From contig JACJVW010000003.1 in NCBI GenBank assembly GCA_020637435.1, positions 4,787-68,786 on the forward strand: a stretch of DNA of 64,000 nucleotides. The letters run 5' to 3'. The DNA comes from Candidatus Woesearchaeota archaeon. Lineage in GTDB: Archaea > Nanobdellota > Nanobdellia > Woesearchaeales > JACJVW01. Below the pieces are notes generated by a model. The model ran no database searches, was not told the DNA's origin, and was given only the letters and a program-made list of their open reading frames with translations. Both the position numbers and the translations under genes were made by a program. Positions 19,107-29,339 of the stretch are shown piece by piece; position 1 is the first letter of the stretch; every line of letters starts with the position of its first letter.

Positions 19107-19751
19107 TTAATTCTGCGAAGTTGGTGCGGGTAGAACGATCTCCGGATATCGTACGGCATTCTTCATGAGCATGACAAGTTCAGGAAGCACCTTGGTGGCA
19201 TACTTCTTACCCCTTATTCCAAATTCATCGAATACTTCCCTAATCATATCCGTTACTTCACTCTTTGTCGCAGGGTATCTGTCCGTACCTGCCAGAAACT
19301 GTGCCCCTGGCTTCCACGCATGGGTGAATACATACTCCTGATCGCTCATGTAGGTCGCTGATATGGTTCCATCCGGGATAAGCAGGGTTGTCGCGACCTG
19401 GGTGAGGCTGTGCGCATTGCCTTCACCATTGCGCTCAAGACGCATCGCAAAAACACCCCTTGTGCACTCTACCATAGTAGGACTTAGGACATCCAGGTCA
19501 ACTTTGCCGACGACGAGTTCAAGCCCTTTGTGCTGACAATCCATGGGATCGTACAGGGTCCGCATAGCGTCGACTCTATACCCATTGCATAGCCTGTGCG
19601 TCGATGATTCAAACAGATGCCTTTCATGGTAATGCAAAAGAAGATTGTCCACTTGTGTCTCTTCGATATTCGAGACTTCTTCAAGCTGTTTGATGAGTCG
19701 AATGTACATGCTTCGCGGGTCGTCCATAGTTTTCTGGAGTTGCCACGGCAT
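19107..19751 (-). CDS. hypothetical protein
   Basis: 214-aa ORF, no motif recognised. Confidence 0.55.
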   Translation of the reverse strand: MPWQLQKTMDDPRSMYIRLIKQLEEVSNIEETQVDNLLLHYHERHLFESSTHRLCNGYRVDAMRTLYDPMDCQHKGLELVVGKVDLDVLSPTMVECTRGVFAMRLERNGEGNAHSLTQVATTLLIPDGTISATYMSDQEYVFTHAWKPGAQFLAGTDRYPATKSEVTDMIREVFDEFGIRGKKYATKVLPELVMLMKNAVRYPEIVLPAPTSQN

Positions 19752-19759
19752 TTATATGT

Positions 19760-21388
19760 TTATGTTAGCAGAAGGTTGAGGTGCATAGCTTTGTTGTCGA
19801 TAAATTCAGGCAGATCTCTACGGTATTTCCATGCCATAAGTCTGAACAACGGTGTCGCAAGGGTCACAAAGAAGAGCTTGTCGATTAAACGATATGCAGA
19901 TTGTTTTCTCAGTATTAACATAAGGATCATTTTCTTTAACCAGGTGGATTTCTGATTCATGTCAATCGTGAATGTGTAGAATCCCGAAAAGCGTTCCTGG
20001 TAGGTTGCAATATTCTCGATGAGCGACTTTTCTGAAGTCTGTCGAGCCAGTACTTTTCGAAGTTCATAGAATAGCTTTAGGGTCTCTGTAAGAAAATCGA
20101 TCTGCTCTATGCCTGCTTGTGCACCAAGTGTGCGCAAAGTCAAAAATTCACCTTCATCTATCTGTGGACTGCTCTTGAACGCAACCTGGTAGTATGCTTT
20201 GATGAACGGACTAATGGTCACATTGTCCCAGAACATCCAAACTACCGGGGGGACTCGTGATCTTCTGAAGTAGAAGGGTTTTCCTCCGCTGTAGATAAGA
20301 CGATGATACAGGCTATTGTATTCACGCAGGAAAGCCACCATATCTTTTCCCATGGTTTGCCTGATTATCTGTTCAGGTAACGCATGATCTTTGAATATTC
20401 TTAGTGCTGCGATGGTGTTGAGTTCATTCCAGGGTGAACTGTTTTTGAGGAATGTAATGTCGTTGTACTTTGACCAACCCCCTGTCTGACACCAGACGGA
20501 AAGGCCGACCAGGTTGTGCATATTTTCCAATTTTTCTTTGTATTTGAAGTAATCCCATCCCACAAAGTAAGGATTAGTTCCAAATCCGTCACGTTCTCTT
20601 CTGGTCTGCAACTCGATCATCATCCGGAGCTCTGGATTGTGGAAGAAGAGCGGGTTGAGTTCAAGGTTTGAGAAAAAATCAGTATCGCCATATTTCATCG
20701 AAACGATAAGATGGTCACTTCTGATACCTTGAAACACTTTATCGAATGTTCTCTTATTCCAGATCAGGTCACCTATCTCGTAGGCCCCGACTGTCCATGT
20801 CCTGAAGATCAGTTCCTTTTCGGCTTCTTCTACGACGAGTAGCAATTCTTTAAGCAGGACGTTCGCTTCTTTGGCTGTGCGTAGGGTAAGCGTGCTGTGG
20901 AAATCCCCTTTTACATCGATTCCGTCTGATTCTCCTATCCGAAGATTGATGCCGTCTATCGGGTATTCATTGCAGACTTTTTTCACTGCTATCTTGAGGA
21001 GACTATGAAGCTCCTTTGACTCTCCGCCGGTATGTTGTTCGATACTCGGATTATTGAACATGACATCGCTATTGATGAAGACATACATGCCGGCATCTTT
21101 AGCCATCCTTATGAGTCGTGAGTAGTACTCTTTGTACACCTCTATCTTTGACTTGGTCTGTTCATCATAGAAAGGAAATGTTACCATGTGCGCAAGATCA
21201 TCAAGAGTTAGTGTGTTGTAGCCGATATCCCTGATCCTACTTAGATAAGTGGTGAACTGTCTGACTACCTTATTCATATTCCTTTCTATGTCCCGTTCTA
21301 GTTCGAAGAACGGAATCTTGGACCAGTTTACGGTGCCTTTCGGTTCAAGGAAGAAAGGACCAATACAATCTATGGCGTAATACTCCAT
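19760..21388 (-). CDS. conserved hypothetical protein, possible glycoside-hydrolase-like TIM barrel
   Basis: 542 aa; LRIGESDG.D, IFRTWTVGA, MKY..TDFF and WCQTGGW patterns; function not established. Confidence 0.6.
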   Translation of the reverse strand: MEYYAIDCIGPFFLEPKGTVNWSKIPFFELERDIERNMNKVVRQFTTYLSRIRDIGYNTLTLDDLAHMVTFPFYDEQTKSKIEVYKEYYSRLIRMAKDAGMYVFINSDVMFNNPSIEQHTGGESKELHSLLKIAVKKVCNEYPIDGINLRIGESDGIDVKGDFHSTLTLRTAKEANVLLKELLLVVEEAEKELIFRTWTVGAYEIGDLIWNKRTFDKVFQGIRSDHLIVSMKYGDTDFFSNLELNPLFFHNPELRMMIELQTRRERDGFGTNPYFVGWDYFKYKEKLENMHNLVGLSVWCQTGGWSKYNDITFLKNSSPWNELNTIAALRIFKDHALPEQIIRQTMGKDMVAFLREYNSLYHRLIYSGGKPFYFRRSRVPPVVWMFWDNVTISPFIKAYYQVAFKSSPQIDEGEFLTLRTLGAQAGIEQIDFLTETLKLFYELRKVLARQTSEKSLIENIATYQERFSGFYTFTIDMNQKSTWLKKMILMLILRKQSAYRLIDKLFFVTLATPLFRLMAWKYRRDLPEFIDNKAMHLNLLLT

Positions 21389-21610
21389 ATCAGTGGAAAT
21401 GATGTTTCTTAATTTATAAACCTTGAGAACGTGTACCTACTATCTACTTTTGCCTTGATGGTGCTTAAAAAACTTTATGCAATTAATCTCGATAACTGAT
21501 TAATAAAAGAAAGTTCTCTATAGTGGCATGAAATATGATATGAACTACAACAGGAAACTGGTCGGTGATTTGTATGAACTTCGTATTGAGCATGGTCGTG
21601 ATGACGATGT

Positions 21611-22069
21611 TCAGTACAGGACGTGATTGATTGCCCAATTTTTTTTATGCACTTTTTTTAGATGTTCTTCAATCTTTGCTTGGTCTTCCTGTTCCATCTT
21701 GATGGTGAATCTATCGTATGAAATCATCACGGATGCAGTATACGCGGTGATACTTCCGTCGTCGCTGCCAGGTATGCTCATTAATGCCTGAAATGACCCT
21801 TCTCTTATGAAGAGTGTGTTGTACATCATCTTCGCTAGATGCTCACTTGCTGCCTCGGTATCGATTGTCACTGTGGCTTTGTAATCATTGTGCAAAAGGT
21901 TAGTTAGATAACCAGTAGGCTTTGACCATCTTATGAGCTCTGGCTTTATCCAGGTCCACCTTCCTTCAAAATTATCTTTGAAGTGGTCAGCGATGTCCAC
22001 CAAATCGCTTCCTAAGGGTACCATGATTCGTTCTTTTGGTTGCTTGACGACAATGTCTATTGTAGGCAT
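21611..22069 (-). CDS. hypothetical protein
   Basis: 152-aa ORF. Confidence 0.55.
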   Translation of the reverse strand: MPTIDIVVKQPKERIMVPLGSDLVDIADHFKDNFEGRWTWIKPELIRWSKPTGYLTNLLHNDYKATVTIDTEAASEHLAKMMYNTLFIREGSFQALMSIPGSDDGSITAYTASVMISYDRFTIKMEQEDQAKIEEHLKKVHKKNWAINHVLY

Positions 22070-22126
22070 GAAGCATGGAGAATCAAACAGCAGTTAAAAA
22101 GTTTAATAAATGGTCCATAGTTACAG

Positions 22127-22304
22127 CTGCATACGTGCCAGCGTCGCATAATCTGGAGAAGATGAGCAATAGCTCACCTTCGGAGAATATTGCGGTGGTC
22201 TCGAAAGATGAAAACTATGGTTTCGTCACGAAACAACCACTGTCCTTGTGACTTCCCGGTTCAAAAACCTACATAGGCTGAAAGTCCGGGCGCTGGCGTA
22301 GCAG
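22127..22304 (+). ncRNA. candidate structured non-coding RNA of unknown family
   Basis: 14-bp closing helix (22127-43 with 22291-304), several internal stems, TATA-like TTTAATAA at 22102-09, terminator downstream. Confidence 0.55.
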
Positions 22305-22308
22305 TGGG

Positions 22309-22334
22309 CCGGCATCTTTGGTGCCGGTTTTTTT
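22309..22334 (+). terminator. intrinsic-type terminator
   Basis: CCGGCA-TCTTTGG-TGCCGG followed by T7. Confidence 0.7.
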
Positions 22335-22731
22335 ATTTATAGAGTTCTGAGAAGCTTTCTTCATCCCCATAGTCAAGAAAATCTTTGTGATGTTTAGGGG
22401 GGATGTGGCCATTCTCTTTCTTGTGCTTGATAGCGCACCAGTGTTTCTCCGTTCTGCCGGCGATCTCAGAGACGTAGTGGAGCAGGCCATTGACATAACC
22501 GCAATAAGCGCAGTTAGTCTTCTGCAGAAGCGAAAGATAACCTAGCTTGTGCCTGTCTATCTTGATGTACTTGTGTCTCTCAACTCTGGGGAGGCCATAC
22601 AACCGAAAACCCAATTGGTGGTATATCTCTACGAAAATGTCGAGCATTATGAACACAAAGAGCATGGCGTAAAGCATCATGAAGCCTAACGCGTTCTTGA
22701 CCGGATGATGCTGTCTTCGTTTATATTCCAT
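22333..22731 (-). CDS. conserved hypothetical membrane protein
   Basis: TM helix then NCAYCGYVNGL...RTEKHWCAIKH. Confidence 0.7.
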   Translation of the reverse strand: MEYKRRQHHPVKNALGFMMLYAMLFVFIMLDIFVEIYHQLGFRLYGLPRVERHKYIKIDRHKLGYLSLLQKTNCAYCGYVNGLLHYVSEIAGRTEKHWCAIKHKKENGHIPPKHHKDFLDYGDEESFSELYK

Positions 22732-22787
22732 CGAGAATCAGTATATGCTATTTGTATTTATAAAAACTTGTATTAAAAAAATAAGAA

Positions 22788-23270
22788 TTATTTTTTCTTT
22801 TTTGCTGAAGGTTTCTTCTTAGTTGCTTTCTCTTCAGCAAGAATTTTCTTCTCTGCCTTCTCGTACTCAATACCGCCAAGACTGTCTTCGATGTAGACGT
22901 CGAATCTGTCGATACTGACATAGATAAGTGCAAGAACCAGACCTGAGCCCCAGATCATGACCAGAAGGAAATCCATGTTGAAGAATCCTATGAGGATCAG
23001 CATGACCAGAGATGCCACGATCAGGATGAATCCAAACATAATCTGCGTGCTCGCATTGAGTCTTGTGTCCGGATGTGTCAGTCTTGGGTAGTTGTAGACG
23101 AGGAAGGATGTGTTGATGAAAATACCTATAGAGAAGGCAATCACACCTCGTATCTCCGCTTCTTGAGGACCGCCAACAAGACCTTCCATCATTGCATAAA
23201 CTGCGTATGCGATGATGAAGCTCAGTAGCAGAACAACAGCAGAACCCGTATAATGATGTTTATCTCTCAT
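22788..23270 (-). CDS. hypothetical membrane protein (4 TM)
   Basis: Four hydrophobic helices and a Lys-rich tail; GAGGT SD before ATG 23270. Confidence 0.7.
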   Translation of the reverse strand: MRDKHHYTGSAVVLLLSFIIAYAVYAMMEGLVGGPQEAEIRGVIAFSIGIFINTSFLVYNYPRLTHPDTRLNASTQIMFGFILIVASLVMLILIGFFNMDFLLVMIWGSGLVLALIYVSIDRFDVYIEDSLGGIEYEKAEKKILAEEKATKKKPSAKKKK

Positions 23271-23397
23271 GAGTATAACCTCTTTTTTTATATACACTTT
23301 CCGGGATGCGTATTATATAAAGGTTTCTATCTTTTTGATCTTGAAGCCAATAAGTAAAAAAGAATCATTTGTTCACATCTGCATGGGTGTCTGAGGT

Positions 23398-24771
23398 TCA
23401 TCCTCTTATGATGGCAAGGATCTCGTCACGTTTCTGCTCCATGACTTGCCGGGTGCGCGCTTCAAGATTGAGCCGCAGCAGCGGTTCTGTGTTGGATGGT
23501 CTGACGTTGAACCAGAAATCTTCGAACTCAATGGTGACGCCATCAAGCCATGAGACCGATTTGGCGCTTCCTCCATAGATCTCTTCGAGCTTTTTCATCA
23601 TGCCTTCCTTGTCCTCTACTTCAGAGTTTATCTCGCCAGAGTGCGCATATCTTCTAAGGGGTCGTACCAGTTCGGCACTGGACTTGCCAGATTCACACAG
23701 CTCTTTCATGATGATGAGCGCGACTATCTGCGGCATCTCAAAGAAACCATATTTTGTCTTGACGAAGAAATGTCCTGATGATTCACCTGCAAAAGGAGCG
23801 CCTACATCAATTCCGTGCTTTTTGATAAGGCTGTGGCCCACTTTGGTGACCTCGGGCTTACCGCCTGCTTCTTCTATCATGTCGCGGGTGATCATGCCTG
23901 GTCGTATATCATAGCAGATAGTCGTGCCCGGGTTGTGCTTAAGCACTTCCTGCGCTACCATTCCTCTGATGATCGCAGGGTCGATGAGTTCACCTTCATT
24001 GTCTATGAAGAATATCCTATCACCATCTCCATCTGTGGCGATGCCAAGATCTGCATGCACTTCCCGTACTTTCGCTTTTAGATCAACGATATTCTGTTCC
24101 TGATATGGGTCTGCCTGGTGTGCCGGGAATGTTCCGTCAAGATCGAAGTTCATCTCAATGAGCTCACACCTGAGTTTCCCGAAAAGCGCTTGCAAATCGG
24201 GAGATCCCATAGCATTCGCTGCATCGCATACTACTTTGAGACCTTCTATGACTGAGAAATCATAATACTCAAGACTATAGTCGGTCACATCATTGAGGCT
24301 TTCTTCCTGGATGGATACTTTGCCCTGTCCTTTGCTTTCCTCATAGTCGTCCGTTACGACTATGTCTCTTATCCTGGCAAGTCCTGTGTCAAGACCCATC
24401 GGGTAGGCTTTGGCGCGGACAACCTTTAGTCCGTTGTATTCTTTTGGATTGTGGGAAGCGCTTACTTGAATGCCTCCATCATACCCGTACTTGGAAACTG
24501 CAAAGTAGAATGTGGGGGTCGATACCAACCCTAGGTCGACGACGTTCGCTCCGGTTGAAGTGATGCCATCTATGAGGCTTCGCGCAAGTTCGGGTGAACT
24601 GAGGCGCATGTCCTGGCCGACAGCGATGGTCAGATGTTCCTTGTCCGAATTTTCTTCTCTTATGAGTTTGACATAGGCCTTGCCTATGTTGTAGACGAGG
24701 TCTTTGTTTAGCTGCTCGGGAAATCTGCCGCGAATGTCATATGCTTTGAAGATAGATGTGTCGAATTCCAT
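23398..24771 (-). CDS. phosphomannomutase/phosphoglucomutase
   Basis: FKAYDIRG, SASHNP catalytic Ser, DGDGDR metal loop, GESSGH, VRPSNTEP. Confidence 0.96.
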   Translation of the reverse strand: MEFDTSIFKAYDIRGRFPEQLNKDLVYNIGKAYVKLIREENSDKEHLTIAVGQDMRLSSPELARSLIDGITSTGANVVDLGLVSTPTFYFAVSKYGYDGGIQVSASHNPKEYNGLKVVRAKAYPMGLDTGLARIRDIVVTDDYEESKGQGKVSIQEESLNDVTDYSLEYYDFSVIEGLKVVCDAANAMGSPDLQALFGKLRCELIEMNFDLDGTFPAHQADPYQEQNIVDLKAKVREVHADLGIATDGDGDRIFFIDNEGELIDPAIIRGMVAQEVLKHNPGTTICYDIRPGMITRDMIEEAGGKPEVTKVGHSLIKKHGIDVGAPFAGESSGHFFVKTKYGFFEMPQIVALIIMKELCESGKSSAELVRPLRRYAHSGEINSEVEDKEGMMKKLEEIYGGSAKSVSWLDGVTIEFEDFWFNVRPSNTEPLLRLNLEARTRQVMEQKRDEILAIIRG

Positions 24772-24936
24772 AGTGAGCAAAACCTCGGACAACCGATTTT
24801 TATACTTTGTGCAAAGGGGTATTTGGGACTTTGCAAGGAGTCCAAATAGTCTGAAGTCAGCATCCAGAACGGCTTTAGTGCACAAAATTTATATACTAGT
24901 ATTCATTATATAACTAGATAGCCCGGGTGGAACCAG

Positions 24937-25515
24937 GTGATGATAGTGAGAAACACGTTCCGCGAAATGGATGATATGTTCTATATGAAGAATCCATGGG
25001 ATACTTTGGCATACCTTGACCCTGCCATGACTCTTGATGATTTGGATCACGGAGCTCGACTGCAGGATACACAGGCTTTTTCTAGGCGTTTCGGACATAC
25101 GAGTATGAGAACGTATTATGCAGCCTTGAATGCGTTCACGCCTCATTTCCAGGTGCTTGGTAATGTCATCAAACAACATGATGCTCTTATGGAACGGCAA
25201 TATGGAATCAAGTATGTGCCCTTCGATACTCCTCTATTTGTGAAGGATGAGGAGATTTTGGGCGCTTATAGCACGGATGATACTCGTACTATCAGTTCTA
25301 TGCTCTCTCTTCCGGATACTCAGGGAAGGATCGAATCCAGGCATGACTGGGATCTTGGTGAGGTGCTTGAAGAGGTCGCAAATACAGTAGGGGATTTCTT
25401 CGGTGTTAGGACATTTGAGAAGGTTCCTGAATTCGCTTATCGTATCCCTTACGGGGGAAGGGGCGGTATCGCTGTTCCGTACACTGACAATCATGGCTTT
25501 ATTGTCAGGCAATGA
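24937..25515 (+). CDS. hypothetical protein
   Basis: 192-aa ORF. Confidence 0.55.
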   Translation: MMIVRNTFREMDDMFYMKNPWDTLAYLDPAMTLDDLDHGARLQDTQAFSRRFGHTSMRTYYAALNAFTPHFQVLGNVIKQHDALMERQYGIKYVPFDTPLFVKDEEILGAYSTDDTRTISSMLSLPDTQGRIESRHDWDLGEVLEEVANTVGDFFGVRTFEKVPEFAYRIPYGGRGGIAVPYTDNHGFIVRQ

Positions 25516-25625
25516 ATTATCCTTTGTTCTTTGTTTTTCAAGCCCCTTTTTTTGGAAAACTTTATAAAAGATAAATCTCAGAGTATCAGATATATATGGT
25601 CATTTATCATAAAAGAGGTGTACTT

Positions 25626-26318
25626 ATGAGCAAAAAAGCTTCTTTACAGTTATCTATAAACGCAATTGTCGTCTTGATTCTCGCTATCACTCTGCTTGGA
25701 CTGGGACTAGGATTTGTGAAGACATTGTTTGGCAGCACTACAGAAAATTTCGAGAATATGAACCAGGAACTCAAGACAGATATGATAGAGCAGCTTGAGC
25801 AGTCGGGTTCGCTTATGACACTGAAGCAGACAAAGTTCGAAGTTGAGAGTGGCAAGCCGGTCAATTTCTACTATGGTCTTAGGAACACTGAGAGTGTTGG
25901 TCAGTGTTTCTATGTGCAATTCTACTGCAATCAGGCGCTCAGTGTAGGCGTACCTGGAGATTGCCTTGGACAAGACATCACCAACGCTGATTACTGGTTC
26001 TGGTTCAAGACTGTACCGTTCATCCATATCCCTGCACAGACCAGTATGCCTCTATACGCTACTCTTCAGGCTTCTGGTGCTACTGATACGTACGATGGAC
26101 GACTTATCATATGGAAAGCTCCTGAGAGCGCTCCGGGTGAATGTGCATCAGGTGGATTTACTTCAGGATTCGATTTCCAGGGTTCCGAAGCTTCGAGTAT
26201 TTACCCTGGCGGTAGTGACCCAAGCGCAGAGATCAATACCGTATCTGCATATGCGGATATCGACGGAAATCCACTGACCTTCCATGCTCAGCAGGCATTC
26301 TATGTATCGGTGAAATAG
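25626..26318 (+). CDS. pilin-like protein with class III signal peptide (paralog 1)
   Basis: MSKKASLQLSINAIVVLILAI; GAGGTG SD. Confidence 0.8.
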   Translation: MSKKASLQLSINAIVVLILAITLLGLGLGFVKTLFGSTTENFENMNQELKTDMIEQLEQSGSLMTLKQTKFEVESGKPVNFYYGLRNTESVGQCFYVQFYCNQALSVGVPGDCLGQDITNADYWFWFKTVPFIHIPAQTSMPLYATLQASGATDTYDGRLIIWKAPESAPGECASGGFTSGFDFQGSEASSIYPGGSDPSAEINTVSAYADIDGNPLTFHAQQAFYVSVK

Positions 26319-26328
26319 AGGTGTTCAA

Positions 26329-26922
26329 ATGAAGAAAGGATCCTTACAATTATCCATCAACGCGATTGTCGTGTTGATCCTTGCAATTACTATACTTGGG
26401 CTTGGGCTTGGATTCATCAAGTCCCAATTCGATACGGCCACACAAAATTTTGGAGTTGCTGATCAGGAACTTGCGAAACAGATCACTGATGAGCTTGAGA
26501 GTTCAGGAAAGCTTCTCACTCTTAAGAAGCAGGAGTTCGAAGTGAAGTCCGGTGATCCTGAAGAGTTTTTCTTCGGCATCAGGAATACCGATACCGCAAA
26601 CCAATGGAAGTATTATATACAATTCCAGTGCATCTCCACTGCAAGCAACCCTACAGGATGCGACAACTGGGATGCAGATGGCGATAATCAGTGGGACTGG
26701 TTCAAGACTTTCACGGTGACTGATATCGACGCAGCATCCAGCAAGGCAATATTCGCCAATCTACTTGCTCAGTCCGCAACCGAGACCTATAACGGTAAAC
26801 TTACGGTCTACAGATGCACTACAGCAGGCGGATGTCCTGCGGACCTTACTGATGCTATTGCTCAGCTTGGAACCGATAGTATTGTGCATGACACCAAGGT
26901 CTTCACTATCAGGGTAATCTAA
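26329..26922 (+). CDS. pilin-like protein with class III signal peptide (paralog 2)
   Basis: MKKGSLQLSINAIVVLILAI; shares SG.L.TL...EV.SG.P..F..G.RNT and W.WFKT with paralog 1. Confidence 0.8.
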   Translation: MKKGSLQLSINAIVVLILAITILGLGLGFIKSQFDTATQNFGVADQELAKQITDELESSGKLLTLKKQEFEVKSGDPEEFFFGIRNTDTANQWKYYIQFQCISTASNPTGCDNWDADGDNQWDWFKTFTVTDIDAASSKAIFANLLAQSATETYNGKLTVYRCTTAGGCPADLTDAIAQLGTDSIVHDTKVFTIRVI

Positions 26923-26930
26923 GGGGTGAA

Positions 26931-27149
26931 ATGATGAAAAAACGACTCACGCAATCAGAAGAATTCGAGATCATGAAGATGGTCATGGACAAGTTCCTAT
27001 GGCTAGGAACTGTCATCATGGGTTATGGCCTCTTCAAGATGTTCACTGAGTCAGACATCGCTAATGGCATCTATTTCCTTGTCACTGGAGTTATCGTGCT
27101 GGTCCTGTTTGTGATCATCATGGTCAAGGAATACGAGATGGTCAAGTAG
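26931..27149 (+). CDS. small two-TM membrane protein
   Basis: 72 aa, two hydrophobic helices, GGGGTGA SD. Confidence 0.7.
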   Translation: MMKKRLTQSEEFEIMKMVMDKFLWLGTVIMGYGLFKMFTESDIANGIYFLVTGVIVLVLFVIIMVKEYEMVK

Positions 27150-27159
27150 GTCATGTCGC

Positions 27160-27747
27160 ATGAACAAAAAGGCTATCGAACTTTCAGTTAATTTTCTTGT
27201 TATTCTCATTCTCTCTATCGTCATTTTTAGTTCAGCATTAATTCTGACAAAGAAGGTATTTGACTCTACCACTACTAAGCAAAAAGAGCTTGATGATAAG
27301 ACCATCAAGCAGATTGAAGTGTTGCTTAACGATGGTTCAAGAGTAGGAATTCCCATCCTTAAGAAATCCGGTAGTCCTGGTGACCAGCTTATCTACGGAC
27401 TTGGCATCTACAATGTGCTTAGAGCTCAGAAGACGTTCCATGTGGAGATTACGTTCAAGACAGCTTACGCTCCGGACGATACTGAAATAGTCGGTGCTGA
27501 TAATGCGCATATTGAGTCTGACTGGTATTTCTCCTCTGTTAAGGAATATACAATTAAGAACAATGAATATGTGTCCATACCTATTCTGTTTGAGATTGGC
27601 TCTGAGATGGCACCCGGGGTACCTACGCAGAAAGGTATCTATATCTTTGATGTGAAGGTTACGGTCGATGACAATGATGACCATGTGAATACAGGTGATA
27701 AGCTATATGACGGCAATCTTCACAAAATTTATGTTGTTGTAGAGTAG
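27160..27747 (+). CDS. pilin-like protein with class III signal peptide (divergent paralog 3)
   Basis: MNKKAIELSVNFLVILILSI. Confidence 0.78.
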   Translation: MNKKAIELSVNFLVILILSIVIFSSALILTKKVFDSTTTKQKELDDKTIKQIEVLLNDGSRVGIPILKKSGSPGDQLIYGLGIYNVLRAQKTFHVEITFKTAYAPDDTEIVGADNAHIESDWYFSSVKEYTIKNNEYVSIPILFEIGSEMAPGVPTQKGIYIFDVKVTVDDNDDHVNTGDKLYDGNLHKIYVVVE

Positions 27748-27813
27748 TTTTGTGTTGTTCATTTCTATGTTCTAATCGAATGATTAATAAACGAAACCAC
27801 TTATAAAGTATGT

Positions 27814-28419
27814 ATGCAACGCAGAGGTGGATTTCAGCTCTCACTTAACGCCATCGTACTTTTAGTGCTTGGAATTGCAGTGGTTAGTTTTGCCATTGTA
27901 ATCGTACCTAAACAATTTGATGTGGCTAAGCAAGAATTCGCTTATGCCTCCGAAGAGATCAATACGCAGATTACTGAATATTTGACTAGGTCCGGTGAAT
28001 TGCTTACTGTATCCCAGGTCGAGATGCGGGTCAGTGCGGGTGATCCTATGGAGTTGTATTTTGGGATCCAGAATACTGATAATGTGGTGCGAAGGTACTA
28101 TATCGAATTTCGCTGCGTGAATTCTATCCAGAACCCTAGCGGATGTGCAGCATCTATTGTCGATACAGATAGCTCGTGGAATTGGTTCTCGACGTGGAGT
28201 CATGTGGATCTGGATCCGCTGAGCAGCAGAGCATTCATCACGTATCTACTAGCCTCGCAAGGCGGAGACTCCTATAATGGGCGGCTGGTAATCTGGAAAT
28301 GCATAGATCCTGCAAATACTTGTCCGGATAATATTGCTGATTTCTCAGCGCTTCCTGGTGATACCACCGACAATATGGAGAGCTATGCAGAAAAGAAAAT
28401 AGTTGTCGCGGTCAATTAA
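27814..28419 (+). CDS. pilin-like protein with class III signal peptide (paralog 4)
   Basis: MQRRGGFQLSLNAIVLLVLGI; same core motifs as paralogs 1 and 2. Confidence 0.78.
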   Translation: MQRRGGFQLSLNAIVLLVLGIAVVSFAIVIVPKQFDVAKQEFAYASEEINTQITEYLTRSGELLTVSQVEMRVSAGDPMELYFGIQNTDNVVRRYYIEFRCVNSIQNPSGCAASIVDTDSSWNWFSTWSHVDLDPLSSRAFITYLLASQGGDSYNGRLVIWKCIDPANTCPDNIADFSALPGDTTDNMESYAEKKIVVAVN

Positions 28420-29086
28420 GACCGCTGATGAGGTCCAGGAGGGCCTGCTTAGGATTGTCTGCTTTTGTGATGCCTGAAGCCAGGAGTACACCGTCAGCGC
28501 CGAGATGCACCGCGATACGGACATCGTCTCCCGTCTTTACACCTGCACCTACCAGCACTTTGATACTTGGGCAGATGGACTTTATGCTCTGCACGGTCTG
28601 TGAGATGAGTTCTGGCCTTGCTGTCGAGACGGAGATGTCTCCTCCTATAAGTTCCGGAGGCTCAACAGCGATGAAGTCAGGTTCAAACACCGCGACTGCC
28701 TTAGCCTGTTTTTCATCGTTGGAGCAGACGATGGTGATAAGTCCAACCTCTTTGCATCTTTCTATAGAACGCTGAAGAACATCAAGGCGTAGGCGGTGCT
28801 CACTATGATTAAGCAGTGTTCCGATGGCACCATTCTCTTTGACATCTTCGGGGAGGATGCTACCCGTATGTGCGCCTTGTGTTTCCGCATCGATATGTTC
28901 AGCAAGCACCGGAATCGATGTATTGGTATCGATGCGATAAATGTCGGGAGCGGGTACGCAGAGCGCTACTGCACGTCCGGTCTCTTGCGCGGCTTCTTCG
29001 CAAGCCTTGGCCAGTTGAAGAGCTCTCTCTCCGATGGATGATTCATAAGTCTTGAAGTTTATAGCGATAAGTGGTGTCTCTATCAT
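28412..29086 (-). CDS. tpiA: triosephosphate isomerase (archaeal type)
   Basis: INFKTY, NHSEHR, AVEPPELIG, GAGVKTG, LLASG. Confidence 0.97.
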   Translation of the reverse strand: MIETPLIAINFKTYESSIGERALQLAKACEEAAQETGRAVALCVPAPDIYRIDTNTSIPVLAEHIDAETQGAHTGSILPEDVKENGAIGTLLNHSEHRLRLDVLQRSIERCKEVGLITIVCSNDEKQAKAVAVFEPDFIAVEPPELIGGDISVSTARPELISQTVQSIKSICPSIKVLVGAGVKTGDDVRIAVHLGADGVLLASGITKADNPKQALLDLISGLN

Positions 29087-29339
29087 GACTTCTTTTCTGG
29101 TGTTTGAGCTTTTTATGTTTTTCGAGAAGTAAGGATAAAATTCTAAAATTTGCTGGTAGGGGCGCTAAAAACTCTAGATTTAAATATGATGGGCTTGAAA
29201 CGTACTGGTAAGTGCGATACAAAAGGTTATCATTGATGAGTAGCCAATGTTTGTATTTACTGAACAATAGAAAAGGTTATAAAGTTGATATCTCTATAGA
29301 GTAGCATCATACTTATTGATTCTATAAGCGAGAGTGTGT

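Noticed and set aside
22284-22305. SRP helix-8-like CCGG-GCG-CTGG-CGT-AGCAG
   Set aside because: The tetraloop is not GNRA and the segment pairs better with the RNA 5' end
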